Shown here in pieces: positions 1 to 10,779 of a DNA stretch of 64,000 nucleotides (the stretch's first letter is position 1; each line of letters begins with the position of its first letter). Below the pieces are notes generated by a model. That model did no database searches, was not told the DNA's origin, and saw nothing but the letters and a program-made list of their open reading frames with translations. The position numbers and the translations under genes were made by a program. Source of the DNA: Mobula hypostoma (lineage: Eukaryota); NCBI RefSeq assembly GCF_963921235.1, contig NC_086108.1, positions 51,648,001-51,712,000 on the forward strand, in the 5' to 3' direction.

Positions 1-689
1 TTAATGACTGAGCCTTCACTGTGGTTCAGAATACACAATCTTCATCAAACTGAATGAAAAAAATTAATTTCAACCCTAAATCACCTATCCCTTATTTTAA
101 GATCAAGGTTCCTTCACCAGAAAAAACATTTGCACCGATGAGCCCACTTGGCCTTCTAAACACTAAAGCAGAGTCTGGCCTAATCAATCTCTGCTCAACA
201 AAGATCATCTAGCCCAGAAACCAGTCTGGTGAATCTTTACAGCACTACCTCAATAGGAAATATATCCTTCCTTTGACAAAGAAATCAAAATAATGCAGAT
301 GTGGTCTCCGGAGTACATCCACTTGCAATAAATTCAAACATATCATTTGCTTTCCTAATGGCCTGATGCACTTATATACAGTATTAACTTTTATTGACAT
401 GTACAAGGTCATTCAGGTCCTACTGAACATCAGCTTTTCTCAATTTCTGCTTTTTTTTCTACTGAGGTGGATGACACATGTGTCTACATTGTACCTTATC
501 ATCTCTGTTATGGTTCAATCATTCAGTCATTGCCTATCCTATTGAAGTCTTTTCATATTTTCATTTGCTCGTCACAGTGTACTTCAAAAGCTAGAAAACC
601 TTCCTTCATCAGCCTAACACTCCAGAGTGAGAAGAGAATGCAGCCCTGGTATACTCTTCAAAAATTTGTAGCCACTAAAACAAAAACAT

Positions 690-853
690 TAATGCTGATC
701 AGGACCTGCAGGGGGTTTCAGCAGTTAGGTGGGACTCCAGATTTTTTCTGGTCAGATTTATTTAATTAACTAAATTTAAATTCCCATGCTGCGGTGGTGG
801 GATTTGAACTCTCATCTCTGGATCACTAGTTAGTAAAAACCACTGTGTTACCA
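690..853 (-). mobile_element. Old tRNA-headed SINE fragment (SacSINE1/DeuSINE-like)
   Basis: Minus strand ...gagttcaaatcccaccaccgcagc...aatttaaattt resembles the elasmobranch SINE head. Confidence 0.45.
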
Positions 854-1194
854 TACTCCTAATTATCCACATCTGTAATATAATGCAAAAAAACTTTTCT
901 CATGACTCATGGCAGAGAGCCAGGTTCCTGAAGACATCTCTGAAACTCCCACCCACAATGGCACACATGAGGAAGCTTCAAACGTAGCTTGAAAATCCCT
1001 CCTCCTGCTGCGCCAGTCTGCCTGAAGATTATGATCTCTGCTAACCAGGGATGAGTGTTCTGTCAAGTCAATTTCATATCATTCTGTATGTTTTGTAAGA
1101 AAGAATAAATTGAGAATTAATCGGGTTACATGGCATGGAAGGATGATGTAGTGAAATTGTGAACATAGGAATATGGTTTTTTTAGTGACAAAGA

Positions 1195-1850
1195 GACTGC
1201 AGAAGCTGGAATCCCTTATCCCTCATCCTCTCCTCTCTCCTTCAAGTCCTCCTCTTCCCACTACCTCACCTCCCCTGAGCCCTCCAACACCCTTCTCTAA
1301 CCACATGTTTGACTTCGGCTCCAACCCATGCCATATCTTCACCATCGCCTCTGACGTCCCCCTCTACGTCCTCTCTACCAACCCACCAGTCCACAAAGCC
1401 AATACATCATTTTTCCATTCCCATCTACAATGGGATCCCACCACTAGGTACATTACTCCGCCTCCCTCTCTCTGTGTCTCCCTTAGCTGTTCATCCCTTC
1501 CCAACCAAGCACTCTCCATTTAACCACAAAAAAATGTTATATCTGCCTCACCACTATCCAAGGCCTTAGAAGTCCTTTCAGGTGAGACAAACCTTCATAT
1601 GCGAATCCCAAGGTGTTATTTATTGCATCTGGCGTTCCCACTGCAGCCTCTCAACCAGAAGCAGATTGGGGAGGGGGGGGGAGGGGACGATCGCCTCATC
1701 GAGCACATTTGATCTACCTGTCATGGTAAGCAGGATCTTCCGGTGGCTCGCCATTTTAATTCCACTCCCCAGTTCCACTTTGGCATGTCTGTGCTTGGCC
1801 TCCTCCCCTATAAAGTCAAGATTAAACGTGATTCAGGGGAACAGCACTTC
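1195..1850 (+). mobile_element. Penelope/Poseidon-like fragment (RT end plus GIY-YIG)
   Basis: HLQWDPTTRYI and QVRQTFICESQGVIYCIW, typical of vertebrate Penelope. Confidence 0.7.
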
Positions 1851-2007
1851 ATTTTCAGAATGTCTTTGACAAGGTGCCACTTGTGAGGCTATAAACATGA
1901 TATGGTTTACAGGCAGAAGAGATTTGCTTTCAGTTGGTGTCATTTTCTGAGCCGATGTCATGGGCCAAAGGACCTGTTCCTGTTCTGTACAGCTCCATAT
2001 TCTAAAT

Positions 2008-2240
2008 GTTGTGGGCACGTGGCCAAGTGGTTAAGGCATTGGGCTAGCGACCTGAAGGTTGTGAGTTCAAGCCCCAGCCGAGGCAACGTGTTGAGCAAGG
2101 CACTTAATCACACCTTGCTCTGCAACGACACTAGTGCCAAGCCATATGGGTCCTAATGCCCTTCCCTTGGACAACATTGGTGTCGTAGAGAGTGAAGACT
2201 TCCCAGGCACAGATCCATGGTCACGCAAGACTAATGGATG
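2008..2240 (+). mobile_element. tRNA-derived SINE, family A copy 1 (internally deleted)
   Basis: A-box tggccaagtgg, B-box-like gagttcaagcc; TSD ccatattctaaat / ccatgttctaaat (1995-2007, 2241-2253). Confidence 0.85.
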
Positions 2241-3473
2241 CCATGTTCTAAATCAGTAATGCTAAATGAAGCCACGAAATTAACTTGATGAGTAGGATTA
2301 AAGTGAGTCCTAAGGTATTTATACCTAACATTAAAATAATGACAGCGAGGGAGAGGGTGGGACAACTCAAGAACTAAATAAGGAATTTACATGGAGTCAG
2401 ATAACTAGGTAAGGTACTGATGACTACTTTGCATTCATAATTACCAAGAACAAGGACATGGAAGATAGTGAGATCATTGTGGGGGTGACTAATATTCTTG
2501 TGTATGGTACTATAAAGGAGGAGATGGTGTTGGGTCTAGTTAAGAAGATTAAGGATGGTGAGTCCCCGTGACTCCAGAGGATCTACCACAGTTTATTGAG
2601 AGAAGCAAGAAAGGAGATTGCTGAGATCTTTGTATTCTCTTTGAACATAGGTGAGCTCCCAGAGCGCAGGTGCGTAGCTAAAGTTGTTCCTCTGGTTAAG
2701 TAAAAGAGGGAGGTATACACTGCACATAAGCACTTAAGAAAGAAATTAGGAGGGCAAAAGAAGATATGAGAAGGATCTGGCATGCAAGGTGAGGCAAAAT
2801 CCCAAGAGATTCTATCAGTATATAAAGAATAAAATGGTGGCTAGGGAGAGAATAAGTCTTCTTAAAGAACATCCTGTCCACGTATGTGTGGCACCAAAGG
2901 ATATGGGTGAGATTTTTAATGAATATCTCTCTTCAATTTTTACTGTGGAGAAAATGATGGAAGCTAAGGAAATGTGGGAAATGAATGGTTTTGTCTTGGA
3001 CCACATGTGAATTAACAAGAAAAGGGTACTGGACACTTTAAAGTGCTTGCAGATGGATAAATTCTCAGGGCTAGACCTGGTATATTTTCTGACCTTGTGG
3101 GAGACTAGAGAAAAATTACAGAAATTTTTGCTCTATCTCTGGTCAGGGGTGAGATTGTGGTCGATTGGAGAATGGCTATTTTGCTACCATTGTTTAAAGG
3201 GTAGCTAAAACAAGCCAGGAAACTATTAAAAAAGTGAGTCTGACGTCAGTGGTAGGTAATTTGCTGAAGAGGTTTCTGAGGGGCAGGATCTACCAGCATT
3301 TGGAGATAGAGTCAGCGTGGCTTTGTATGTGGAAAGTTATATCTTACAAATCTCTGTGTGCTTCAGGAAGGTACTTGAGGTTGGGGCAAAAGTTATTATC
3401 TATATGGATGTTGGCAAGGCCTTTGAAAAGGTCTCTCATGACAGGCTAGTCTGGAAGATTAAATCGTATAGGA

Positions 3474-4025
3474 CAGTGGTCCCCAACCACCGGGCCGTGG
3501 ACCGGTATCGGGCCACAGAGCATGTGCTACCGGGCCGCAAGGAAACGACATGATTTGGTGATATGAGTCAGCTGCACCTTTCCTCATTCCCTGTCACGCC
3601 CTGTTGAACTTGAACGCACGCGAGGTCATTACCCACGCATCATCCATGTCAGCGCGGGAAGGAGATCAACTCCTCCAGCTTCCAAATGACGGCGGGCTGA
3701 AAAGTATGTTTGACATAACATCTCTGCCGGCATTCTGGATCAAAGTCAAGGCTGAATATCCTGAGATAGCCACGAAAGCACTGAAAACGTTTCTTCCATT
3801 TCCAACATATCTCTGCAATGAATGCAACGAAAATTAAATTGCGGAATAGAGTGGACATAAGGAACCCCCTTCGAGTATCGCTGTCTCCCATCACCCCTCG
3901 CTAGGACCATGTTGTTGCAGAGAAACAAGCCCAGGGCTTCCACTGATTCAGCGATATTGGTGTGTTGCAATGAATATTGTCAATATTAAACCGGTCTGCA
4001 ATGCAAAAAAGGTTGGGGACCCCTG
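3474..4025 (+). mobile_element. Non-autonomous hAT (Charlie/Buster-type) DNA transposon
   Basis: TIRs cagtggtccccaacc / ggttggggacccctg; perfect 8-bp TSD gtatagga (3466-3473, 4026-4033). Interior encodes a hAT C-terminal dimerisation remnant (FWIKVKAEYPEIATKALKTFLPFPTYLC...KLRNR...LRVSLS). Confidence 0.92.
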
Positions 4026-4538
4026 GTATAGGATCCAGCGGAGGGTATTCATAATTTATGATATATGATTCATTATTAGCTCAGTGGTAGGAAGAAGAGG
4101 GTGACGGTTGAGGGATGTTTCGCAGTATAGAAACTGGGTATGCCATTGGTCTGGTACTGAGATATGTGTTTATATAAACTACAAACAACAATTTGGATGT
4201 ACGTAGAAGGCATGGTTAGTTTGTTTGCAGATGACACTAAAATAGGAAGTGTAGAAAGTTATGAAAAATTACAGGGGGATCTTGGTCAGCTTGGTATGCA
4301 GGGTGAGGGTTGACAAATTGCTTCCATCCAGATAAATATGATATATTACATTTTGGGATATCAAACCAGGATAAGACATTCAGGAAATGATTAGGTCCTG
4401 GTGGATGTTATGGAACCCAGAGACTATGAGTGCAAGTACTGAAAGTTTGCTGAAAGCAGTGTCAGAGAAAGATAGGATGGTGAAGAAAGCATGCGGCATA
4501 CTGGTCTTTATCTGCCAGGGCATTGAATATTGGAGTTG

Positions 4539-4611
4539 GCTGTGTACATACATCTATTGATGCTTCTGGACACATCTTCAGTGATGTTCCTGGAATCATC
4601 AGGTGTTTTGG
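4539..4611. repeat. 73-bp terminal direct repeat of the HERO-like element, copy 1
   Basis: gctgtgtacatac...ggtgttttgg; 69/73 identical to 8144-8216 by manual alignment. Confidence 0.9.
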
Positions 4612-7600
4612 GTCTTTCAACATCATACAACCTCCTCCAGGTGACCCAGCCGGGGCTGATCAGACCCCAGCTTGTGTCCAGATGGCTAGCTACTTATGAC
4701 TCCATGGCTCCCCTCTTTTGAGCCACAGCCATCTTGAGGCCCTCTCTGTCACATCGGTGGTACTGCGGATGGCTCTCCTCTTCCTCTCTCCCTCGATGCC
4801 CAAAATGCTGAAGGCTCTAACTAAAGAACGGGCTATGAATCCCCTACAACCAACCTCCACTGGGAGACACCTCGCTCTCCATCCAGCCTGCTGACCAGTC
4901 CTGCGTACTTGGAGAGCTTCCTTTCAAAGGCCTCCTCCAAGCTATCTTCCCATGGGACTGTCAGCTCCAGCAGCACCACTTGCTTAGTAGACTCAGACAT
5001 TAGGACAATGTCTGGTCGCAGGGTGGTGGCTGCGATATGGTTGGGGAACTTCAGCTGCCCTTGGAGGTCCACCAACAGCTGCCAGTCCCTTGCAGAGGTC
5101 AGAATGCCTGCAGATGTTCTTTTGGCAGGTATTGGCTGCTCCCCAGCTCTGACAAAGGCAATGGTCTGCTTGGAGGGTCGGGACTGCTTCGCCCACTCAA
5201 CTCCTGCGCTGACAGCTTCAGCGATGGTCTTCAGGACCTGATTATGCCTCCACCTGTACCGTCCCTCACCAAGTGCCCTTGCGCAGCTGCTGAGGATGTG
5301 CTCCAGGGTTCCTCGCTTGGAGCACAGTGGGCACGCAGATGACTCTGCCTTGCCCCATGTGTGCAGGTTTGATGGGCTTGGAAGCACATCGTACACTGCC
5401 TGAACGAGAAATTGGATGCGGTGTGGTTCGGCTTTCCAAAGATCAGCCCAGGTCACTTTCCTCTCAACCACATTCTCCCATCTTGTCCAAGCTCCCTGTT
5501 GCTTCATTCCCACTGCCTTGCACGCTCTCATCTCCTCCACTACTGCTCTCACCTCCTCCTGAACTAGACGACGCCTTTCCTTCCCTCTGGTGTCCATTTG
5601 GGGGAGTTGGAAAGGATCCTAGCCCAGCTCGGCCTCGTGTGACCACTCCCACCAGCCTCCTGTGACGCAGCCTCGCCTCTGCCTCCTGACAGCTTCCTCT
5701 GCCCTCCACTTCCTGCCAGTACTTACTTGGATCCCTGCTCTAGCCACCTTCGGGTCACTTGAGTCCCTATACTGTAGCACTTCTCTGGCTCTTGTTACCT
5801 TGAATTCTTCCTCCAAGGATTTGAAGGGCAGTTGCAGTTTGTTGTGGTGTCCATAGAGTGCGATGCTGCTCAGGCTCTTTGGCAGCCCCAGCCATCTCCT
5901 GAGATGGTTGCTAACCCTCCTCTCTAAGGTTTCGACTGTCGGGATCAGAACTGCATAGACAAGGAGGGGCCACGGGATTCTGGGAAGAATGCTATCCCGG
6001 TACACCCAGGCTTTAAACTTCCCAGGTAGGCCAGACTTGTCCACAGATTTCAGCCAGCCATCCAACTCGGTGCAGGTTGCCTGAATGGATGTTGAGTTCC
6101 TTAAAGAGCTGTCAAAAGCTTTGCCTAAGCTCTTGACTGGCTTTTCTGTGATGGTTGGGATGGCTGTGCCTGCGATGCTGAACCAGAACTTGTTCTCCAC
6201 CTTCCCTTTCCTCAGCACCATCGATCTTGATTTGGCAGGTTTGAAATGCATCCGGGTCCACTCCACCAGCTTTACGAGCCCTTGCAGAATCCTCCGGCAG
6301 CCTGGGACTGATTCTGTGGTAACTGTGAGGTCATCCATGAATGCCCTGATAGGTGGTTGCCGTTGAGCGGAATTCATTCTGGGCCCTCTGGACTCTGGTT
6401 CAGCAGACTTAGTGAGCATGTTCATGGCTAGGGAGAACAGTGTCACTGAGATAGTGCACCCTGTGATGATGCCGATCTCCACCTTGTGCCAGGTTGATGT
6501 AATTGCTCCTGAAGAGACCCTCATCCTGAAGTTGCTGTAATAATCAACGATAAGGTCTCTGATTCTGCTGGGGCTGTGGTATTTGGTCAGTGTGAGCTGC
6601 ACCAGCTTGTGCGGAATGGAGCCATATGCATTTGCCAGGTCGAGCCACAACACTGACAGGTTGCCCTTGTTCTCTCAGGCCTCCCTGATGAGCTGTGTCA
6701 CCACACCGATGTGCTCCAGACAGCCCGGCATCCCTGAAATGCCACTCTTCTGGACTGATGTATCAATATAGGTGTTCTTTGCTAGGTAGGTGCACAACCG
6801 GTTGGAAACTGCACTGAAGAAGATCTTCACCTCGACACACAGCAGGGAGATGATGTGAAACTGATCTATCTGGGTGGCATTTTCCTCCTTCGGGATCCAC
6901 ACCCCTTCAGTCACTCTCCACTGTTCTGGGATCTTCCCCCTTCTCCAGAAGATTCTCAGGATCTTCCACGGACGCAACAGGAGTTTGGGGCAGTTCTTGT
7001 ACACTTTGTACAAGGTGTTGCTCGGTCCTGGAGCCGAGCTTGCCCTTGCTTTGCGGACGACCTCTCTGAATTCCTTTAGTTGCAGCTCTGACATGTCGAA
7101 CTGCACATCCGGTTCAGGTGGGTCTATTAGGATGTCGCACTCTCCCAACTCCTGCTCTCTTTCAGGATCATTATATATCTTCTTCAGATTTGGTCTATGT
7201 CTTCCTGCGAACAGGCCAGTTTCCCACTGCGCTTCTCCCCCAGCAACTCCTTGGTGAACTTGAAGGTGTTGGCGATAAAGGCAGCATGTTTTCGGGCCCT
7301 TTCACGATGCAGCCTCCGATGCCACTCTGCCCGGCGGAGGACCCTGATCTTCTTTCGTAGTATGCACATCAGCTGGGCCAAGCCAATGCGCTCCTCTTCT
7401 CCTGCCTCCTTGTATTGGGACTTAAGCGCTTTCATCTCCTGCCTGATGTTGTGGATCCTCAATGTTCTTTGGTTCTTCGAGTAAGATGTTTTGGAGCCTT
7501 CCTTCTCCTCTTCTCCGAACCGTTCAGCTGCGATACTAACAATAATTGTTGTCATGGCTTGCAGCTTCCTATCAGCCCCTCCCTTAGCCATTGCCTCCAG

Positions 7601-8143
7601 AATTTGGTTAACATCGTCATCAAACTGCTTCCACAGTGAAGTCATGTTAGCTGCAGGCCATTTGATCTGCCTCCTGTTAGACTTCATGTTCGAGGGATTA
7701 GTTTGCAATACTTGGAGGTTCCGGGCACCATGGGGTGACTCTGGGCCTGGCACCTCCTTCGTCTCGCCAGGTTGGACACCTGCGCGTTGTGCTGCTCCTG
7801 CTCCCGCCAAACACTTCATCCTTGCTTGGTGGATCTTCAAGCCGTGATCGTTCTTGCAGATTTTGCCACATGCACACTGCTTCCTCATCGTCGTTTGTTC
7901 ATTGCCTGGGTCTGATGTCGTTGTGTCCATCCGACTGGGGTGCTCATCCTCCCCACCTCTCGGGCACCCCTGGGGGTATCTTTTTCTTAGATTCTTTGTG
8001 GCTTTTGTGGGGGTCCTCCTCTAAGAGGACACAGATTGGGTTGCCAGCCCGTTCTGCCCTGGTTGCTGTCTCTCCGGGCTGTCACTGACTCTCCAGACGT
8101 CACCACTCTTTTCCTGGTTGTCACTGATGAACTCAGGGTGTAA

Positions 8144-8216
8144 GCTGTGTACATACACCTATTGATGCTTCTGGACACATCTTCAGTGATGTTCCTGGAA
8201 TCATTGGGTGTTTCGG
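8144..8216. repeat. 73-bp terminal direct repeat of the HERO-like element, copy 2
   Basis: Direct repeat of 4539-4611. Confidence 0.9.
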
Positions 8217-8779
8217 AAGTTTTGTTGCAGATGTTAGTAAGGCTGCACTTGAAATATTGTGTATTGCTTTGGTCACCCTGTTGTAAGAAATAAGTAATTA
8301 AACTAGAAATAGTGCATAAAATAGTTACCAGGGTGTTTTCTAGATTTGGAGTCTTGAGTTACAAGTTGAAGTTGCAGAGACTACGACTCCATCCCTGGAA
8401 GGTAGCAGATTGAGAGATGACTTGGTAGGGATAGATAAGACCATGAGGGGTGTAGATAGGGTGAAAGTGCATAGTCTTTTTCCATGGAGGGGGTGCTAAA
8501 ACCAAGGAGGCATAGGTTTAAGACTGGAGGTGAAAAAGTTAAAAGGGATATCAGGGGCAGCCTCTTCATGCAAAGTGTCACACACATTTCAAATGAACTG
8601 CCAGAAATAGGGGTTGAAGTGGGCACATTGGCAACATTTCAAATCCATCTAAATAAGTACATGGATGGGAGGGGTTTAAAGGGCTATGGGTCAAACATGG
8701 ACAGAGGGGACTCGCTTGCTAGGCAACAGAGTCAGCATGGACAAGTTGGGTCATTTCGATACTGTGTAGCATTATGACT

Positions 8780-9745
8780 CTTTGTTTAAGAAGTGTATGG
8801 GGAATAATCGGATAAGTTGTTGGCCAGAGAGCTGAGCAGTAGGGAAGATATTGGAGGATGTTCCCAGGAATAAGATATACTCACATTTGCTTGTTGAGAG
8901 TAGTCACATGGCTTTGTCACATCTTACAAGTTTTTTGAGGATCTGTCAAAGTTGACTGATGAAGGTAGGGCCGTGGAGGATGTCTACATGGACCTTGGTA
9001 AATATAGGTCTCTCATGGTGGGCTAATGTTGAAGATGATAATACACGTGAAGGCTACCATCCACAGTGATGGTAGACTGGATTCAAATTTGTTTGGTCAT
9101 AGAAGAAAGAAGGTAGTGGCGGAGGGGTGTTCCTCTGACTGGAAGCTGTGAGCAGGGATCAGCCTTGGGACCTCTGTGTTTGTACATATAAATGTAGATG
9201 GGCTGATTAGTAACTTTGCAGATGACATGAACATTGAAGAGTGAAGAAGGCTGACAAAGGTTATGGATCAGAAAGAGATACAGGCAGAGAAATAGCAGAT
9301 GGAACTTAATCCAAACAAGTATAAGGAGCTTTGCTTTAAGAGGTCAAATGTAAGGTGAGTAAGTACAATACATGATAGAACTCTTGGGAACATTTAGGTG
9401 CAAGCCCAGAGCTCCATAAAGTGTCAACACAAGTCGAAAGGGGAGTAAAGGTGGTGTATGACATGCTTGTTTTAATCAGTTGGGACAGTAAATATAACAG
9501 TCATGATACAGATATATAAAATTCTGGTTAGGCCACATTTAGAGTGTTGTATGCATTTATGGTCAAAGCATTACAGGAAAGATGTGAAAGCTTTAGAGTG
9601 TGCCAAAGAGGTTCAGCAGGATGTTGCCTGGATTAAAGAGCAGTAACTATAAGAAAAAGTTGGACATACTTGGGTCATGTTCTCTGAAGCACCAGGAGTT
9701 GGGGGAAGACCTGACAGAAATTTATAAAATTAGGAGAAGCACAGA
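8780..9745 (+). mobile_element. CR1 LINE fragment
   Basis: Decayed RT (VYMD, FADD, LVRPHLECCMHLW, KRFSRMLPGL). Confidence 0.75.
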
Positions 9746-10779
9746 AAACTATGAAGTTCTTTCATTGATTCCTACTTTTCCCAACTCCACCCCACCGCTG
9801 CACTAACTTACTTCCCACAATGTATATCTAAAGTACGTTATCTGGGTGGATACTATTCAATTATATTCCTTGAAACTAAGTACCAGGATTGAGATTAATC
9901 AATAACATGAAGCATTTTTCTGAAGGCCAGGTTCCTGGCTACTTGCACTTTCAGCAGATGGTACTGAACCATGAAGAAACTTGGAAAACTTGACTTTCCT
10001 TTTCCCTGCTCATTGTTTGGAAATCCCAACAATTTAGCATCTGGCCTACTGAGACCCATACATTGCTCAAATACTGTGCCTCATTCCCACATTTCATGTA
10101 AACTCACCAGCAGTCTTGTTCCAATGCTCCCTTTAATACAACAGGGCCCCATTTCTCACACTCTCTTTAAACTCACTAATTCCCTTGCTCCCTTTAAATT
10201 CACTAGAGCTTCATTCCCATGGTCTTCTTAAATATACTGGGACCATACTACCAAACTCCTGTTAAATTTAACAACACCATGTTTCCTACCCTCCCTTTAA
10301 ACTCTCCTAGTCCAGTGGAAAATTTAATATATATTAGAAAACTTAAGTAAAATTTAAAATAAAGGTAAATTAAAATTAGATTAATTTCAAATTGTCCAGA
10401 ACGTGCCAGTCAACATAACCAAAATCCCAAGTGTTGTAGATTATTGGACTTCTACAGATCATATATTTAAAATGGTATTTAATTGCTCTCTATTTTATCC
10501 AGAAATGAATGATGGATTGAACGAAAAATAATTTCCAGGTAACAATAATTTTCAGAATAACTTCCTTTTAATGACATTAAAATAAAAGAAATATATAACT
10601 TGGCTTAGAGAGGAATAATGTTCTCCAAAGTATATTTGCATTTTGAAATATATTGGCTGGTTAGGATAATTATGTTAATATATTGAAAGGCAGAGGTCTT
10701 TAAAACAGTCTCTGGAAAATAAAATTAAAGACCTCAGAGCAAGATTACAGCACCAGAGGGACATAGGGTTTTGCTGTCT

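Larger units (their letters stand above)
4539..8216 (-). mobile_element. HERO-like non-LTR retrotransposon (RT plus restriction-like endonuclease), near full length, disrupted
   Basis: N-terminal zinc finger CACGKICKNDHGLKIHQARMKC; RT motifs (WLDLANAYGS, GIITGCTIS, RAFMDDL); CCHC CPLC...HILSSC; RHNQVL; RPDIVL...LLELTVPWE...KLSKY. ORF pieces at 7184-7930, 6675-7148, 5619-6653 and 4833-5597; final stop at 4690-4692. Inserted into a CR1. Confidence 0.9.
2290..8780 (+). mobile_element. CR1 LINE fragments (host of the hAT and HERO-like insertions)
   Basis: CR1 ORF2 remnants (NPKRFYQYIK, SLTSVVG, YMDVGKAFEKVSH, FADDTK). CR1 sequence resumes after 8216 and ends in a CR1-type 3' end near 8780. 2290-2700 is a separate, overlapping fragment. 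Confidence 0.8.

Noticed and set aside
863..1085. Minus-strand exon-like ORF
   Set aside because: All three frames hit a stop shortly after the putative acceptor; no homolog recognised.
2008..2080. tRNA gene-like sequence (also at the other SINE heads)
   Set aside because: It continues into a multi-copy SINE body with TSDs, so it is not a tRNA gene.
4909..8088. Many plus-strand ORFs
   Set aside because: Antisense shadows of the GC-rich HERO-like ORF.
10090..10310. Degenerate ctttaaactcac repeats as a possible array
   Set aside because: Irregular low-complexity pyrimidine-rich repeats without a spacer structure; no CRISPR context in vertebrate DNA.
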